NCBI GenBank assembly: GCA_963745075.1
Contig: CAVUWV010000015.1
Coordinates: 128,001 to 192,000 of the forward strand
DNA from: Candidatus Hydrogenedentota bacterium
Lineage (GTDB): Bacteria > Hydrogenedentota > Hydrogenedentia > Hydrogenedentales > SLHB01
Length of the DNA stretch: 64,000 bases
Direction of reading: 5' to 3'
Shown: positions 60,906 to 64,000 of the stretch, piece by piece
Numbering within the stretch: the first letter of the stretch is position 1
Layout: each line of letters opens with the position of its first letter
Position numbers and translations under genes: made by a program
The notes under the pieces: model-generated
The model's database searches: none
What the model saw: only the letters and a program-made list of their open reading frames with translations
Told to the model about the DNA's origin: nothing

Positions 60906-61826
60906 ATGAGAATCGGTGTAGTTGATGTCGACACGTCCCATCCCCAGAACTGGATCCCCATCGAACGTGAACTCGGCCACGAGGTCGTCGGTCTTTGGGA
61001 TGGGGGTTCGGTGCATTCAGAGGAATACGTCAAGAAGTTCGCGACCGACCACAACATCCCGACGGTGTACTCATCCCTGGAAACCATGGCGGCCGAGGTC
61101 GATTGCGCGATCATCCACGGATGCGACTGGGATACCCACATCGACAAGACGCGGCCCTTCGTGGAAGCGGGTAGATCCGTTTTGCTCGACAAGCCCGTCG
61201 CGGGGAACGTGCGTGACATTGACCAGATCAAGCAGTGGGTGAACGAAGGCGCGTGCATCAGCGGGGGTTCTTCGTTGCGGTTCTGCTACGAGACCCGCGA
61301 TTGGTTGGCCAAACCCATCGAAGAGCGCGGTACGCCTCACACGGCGATTTGCGGCTGTGGCGTGGACGAGTACAACTACGGAATTCATGGTTACGCGATG
61401 TTGTGCGGCATCCTGGGACCCGGGATCCGGTGTGTCCGGCATTTGGGCAAGGGGGTTCAGCGGCACATCGAAGTGACGTGGATGGACGGGACCTTCGGAT
61501 TCCTGGTCGTTGGGAAAATGGACGGATGGATCCCCTTTCACGCGGATATCATTACCGACAAGGGCGTCACCCAGTTCGTCGCGGACTCTGCGAACCTGTA
61601 TCGCGCGCTGCTCGAGCGGGTACTGCCGTACCTTGCCGGCGAAACGGATGAGCCGCCGGTCTCCATCGACGCGTTAGTCGAACCGGAGCTCTGCGCCTTG
61701 GCGGCAAAATATTCCTGGATGAACGGTGACGAAATCGTGACTCTGGAAGAACTTGCGGACGCGGATGTCTCATACGACGGCGCGGCCTTTGCCGAGGAGT
61801 ATGCCGCGGCGCGGGGCACAAAATAG
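60906..61826 (+). CDS. Gfo/Idh/MocA-like oxidoreductase
   Basis: IGVVDVDTSH, LLDKP, SSLRF, YGIHG. Confidence 0.85.
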   Translation: MRIGVVDVDTSHPQNWIPIERELGHEVVGLWDGGSVHSEEYVKKFATDHNIPTVYSSLETMAAEVDCAIIHGCDWDTHIDKTRPFVEAGRSVLLDKPVAGNVRDIDQIKQWVNEGACISGGSSLRFCYETRDWLAKPIEERGTPHTAICGCGVDEYNYGIHGYAMLCGILGPGIRCVRHLGKGVQRHIEVTWMDGTFGFLVVGKMDGWIPFHADIITDKGVTQFVADSANLYRALLERVLPYLAGETDEPPVSIDALVEPELCALAAKYSWMNGDEIVTLEELADADVSYDGAAFAEEYAAARGTK

Positions 61827-61859
61827 ACCGGCCAAGACCGCCTCCAGAAGCGTCAACGT

Positions 61860-64000
61860 TTACGAGTCTGCGGTGCAATTCACCGACAATTCACCTTTGG
61901 CGCCACCGACCAGCTCCGTCACCGTGACGTTCCATGTGCCGGGCGCATCGTTGATGGCCGGGACAAATCGATACACACATTCGCCCTCGCGCGTGGTGGC
62001 GTAACGGGACCACTCGCTGTCTTGACCGCGCGGGTCGGTTACGTCGATGCGGAGCGGATGATTGCTGTTGAACGGCTTTCCTGACGCACCGATCACCTCG
62101 ATCGTCAATTCCACGGGCTCGCCGGACTTGCATTCCAACGGCTCCGTCACGCGCACGCTACCGATCACTTCCGGCAGCGCCGCGACAAGTTTTCCGCGTG
62201 CGGCGGGAAGGTGCAGCGAAAACGCTGCGTGAGCGTCTTGCGTTTGATACTCGATCCGCTTGCGCTGAAGCATGTCGTAGAGCACCGGGCGATCGGTCAC
62301 GTCCACACTAACCTGCGCCGTCTGCGGGACGCCCAGTTCGAAACGCAGTTTCCATTGACCAAACCTGGCTCCATAAGTCCGGTCGTCGTTGACGAAAAAG
62401 TAGTAACGCGCGTCGCCCGCTTCGAGCGCGTTGGTGAGCACACGCAGACTCTCCGACGATGCCGGACGTACGACCCCGGCCAGCAGCGGCGCGAGTTCCT
62501 TCGCGTACCCTTCCATCATCTCGCGCATGGCTTCGGCCGTCATCGCGTCGCCCTCGGCCAAGGCCTTCCCGTCCACCTTAAGCTGTGGCGTGAAGTCGAA
62601 CGCGGTTCGCTGCACGTTCGGAATTGAGGCACGAAGTGATTGATCCGCGATCACCGTTCCGCCGTTCGCGGCAAACACCTTGATCCGGTCGACCATGGAT
62701 TGCGTCAAGGTGTCGGCTCTCGGCATGACAAGCACGCGGTACTGGTCCAGCGCGCCTTCGACGATGTCGTCGTCGAGGAGCACGTCGAAGGGTACGTGGT
62801 TCATCATCAACAATGTGGCGTAGGGCAACGTTTGTTCGTTCGGATAGCCGGGCAAACGCGGACTGGCCGAGAACCACGTCGATGCCGCCGACATCAATAC
62901 GGCCACCTCCGGATGCACGCGCCGGCTCGCGCGAATCATGGGGCCGAAAGGCTTCACCAATTCGTCGCAAGTTTGCCCGATTGCGTCGAAGGTTTCCGGC
63001 GAACTGTAGGTTGGGTCCAACGTCGGATTGTCGGGAGAGAGCCTGCCGGCCGAGTAATAGCACAGGATGTCCGGTCGCTGCGACACGACCAACCACGTGG
63101 CTTCCCGGGCATAGTCCGGCCCCGCCGTAAAATAGGGATCATTCCCCGCGAAGTCCTGGCTCATATCCGCGGTCGAGTCGTCCAGCGCCACCGCGTACCG
63201 TCCGTACACGAAGAGCGTAATATCCTGCTGCACAAACTGGTGCTCCGGTCGTGCCGCCGCCTGGAGGTACGTCGTGTAACACAGGCGTTTGATATCAGGA
63301 TGTCCGTAGGTCCAGGTCGCGATGCAGTCGAGCCCTTTCATGGCGTTCCGCACGGGCGCGAGCCGGTACGGTTCATGCCACGTAATCGCGTCAGGACGGA
63401 ACTCCTTCACGATGGCGTTCTGCGCCGCGTTCAAGACTGCCGTGCCGTGACCACGCTGCCACCACCATTGGAGAAATCGGTAATTCGGCTGATCGTCCGG
63501 AATGACGCCGTTCACGATGTCTTCCTTGGGGATGGGAATTAAACCGCCTTTGTCATTAAAGAATTGCCGAATGTCGAGTCCTATTTGATCCTGTGCGTCC
63601 TGAATGGCCGCCTCGTTGATGCAGAACGGGGTTTGCCATTCCGAATTGAACATGACGTGCCGCATGCCGGGATACTCGGCCCAGGCTTCCATACTCAAAC
63701 GCGTCACATCCGCCGCATGGGCAATAACCGCGGGCTCCAACGGATAAACCTTGTCGCTGCGTGTACCGTCCGGCAACAGCGCGAGACTATTCTTGTCCTG
63801 TTCCAGTTTCTCGGAGTCCAGCGTGCGAAAGTAAAGACCTAACTCAAAATCATGTCGCGTGGCGTTATCGAGGAGCTGGTCGTAGTTCCGGACCACGGAC
63901 GTATCCGGTGTAAAAGGATCCTTCGGCGCGAAGATGAAGGCCCCGGTGAACCCGCGTTGCTCCCACCACTCTGGATTCGCATTGCCGCCGCCCCACCGCC
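61860..64000 (-). CDS. Large GH42-like / beta-galactosidase trimerisation-domain protein, 5' end outside window
   Basis: Frame stays open from 63896 to the window edge; FNSE, VPFDVL..LDQYRVLVMP..FAANGG, C-terminal Ig-like NDAPGTW. Confidence 0.7.
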   Translation of the reverse strand, partial: RWGGGNANPEWWEQRGFTGAFIFAPKDPFTPDTSVVRNYDQLLDNATRHDFELGLYFRTLDSEKLEQDKNSLALLPDGTRSDKVYPLEPAVIAHAADVTRLSMEAWAEYPGMRHVMFNSEWQTPFCINEAAIQDAQDQIGLDIRQFFNDKGGLIPIPKEDIVNGVIPDDQPNYRFLQWWWQRGHGTAVLNAAQNAIVKEFRPDAITWHEPYRLAPVRNAMKGLDCIATWTYGHPDIKRLCYTTYLQAAARPEHQFVQQDITLFVYGRYAVALDDSTADMSQDFAGNDPYFTAGPDYAREATWLVVSQRPDILCYYSAGRLSPDNPTLDPTYSSPETFDAIGQTCDELVKPFGPMIRASRRVHPEVAVLMSAASTWFSASPRLPGYPNEQTLPYATLLMMNHVPFDVLLDDDIVEGALDQYRVLVMPRADTLTQSMVDRIKVFAANGGTVIADQSLRASIPNVQRTAFDFTPQLKVDGKALAEGDAMTAEAMREMMEGYAKELAPLLAGVVRPASSESLRVLTNALEAGDARYYFFVNDDRTYGARFGQWKLRFELGVPQTAQVSVDVTDRPVLYDMLQRKRIEYQTQDAHAAFSLHLPAARGKLVAALPEVIGSVRVTEPLECKSGEPVELTIEVIGASGKPFNSNHPLRIDVTDPRGQDSEWSRYATTREGECVYRFVPAINDAPGTWNVTVTELVGGAKGELSVNCTADS

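Overview
GC-rich bacterial chromosomal segment. The gene content (DUF1549/DUF1553 cytochrome-c protein with DUF1501 partners, an H-X9-DG prepilin-like protein, a Tat sulfatase, large carbohydrate-active proteins) resembles Planctomycetota/PVC or Candidatus Hydrogenedentes; this lineage call is inference only. In order: fatty-acyl cluster (acyl-CoA ligase, double-hotdog hydratase, SDR), TIGR02757 protein, AhpC, UPF0104 flippase-like protein, RND efflux pair, small ORFs, a repeat-rich accessory patch with hicBA, trpS, pilin-like genes with a sigma54 promoter, an atypical Clp ATPase coupled to an FHA protein, PP2C, sulfatase, GH42-like proteins, a hybrid histidine kinase, a sugar ABC operon and a sugar-modifying cluster. 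No rRNA, tRNA or CRISPR array was recognised. The most notable signal is a 1.7-kb single-gene mobile element (48044-49730). It encodes a 515-aa protein with a YDK..LRIETT motif and C-terminal winged helix but no recognisable DDE, HUH or IS110 motifs. It sits inside one arm of a REP-like inverted repeat, flanked by CCCAG direct repeats, and the empty target site can be rebuilt from the window itself. Four genes carry frameshifts or a nonsense codon; some may be assembly errors. All family names come from motif recognition, not database searches.
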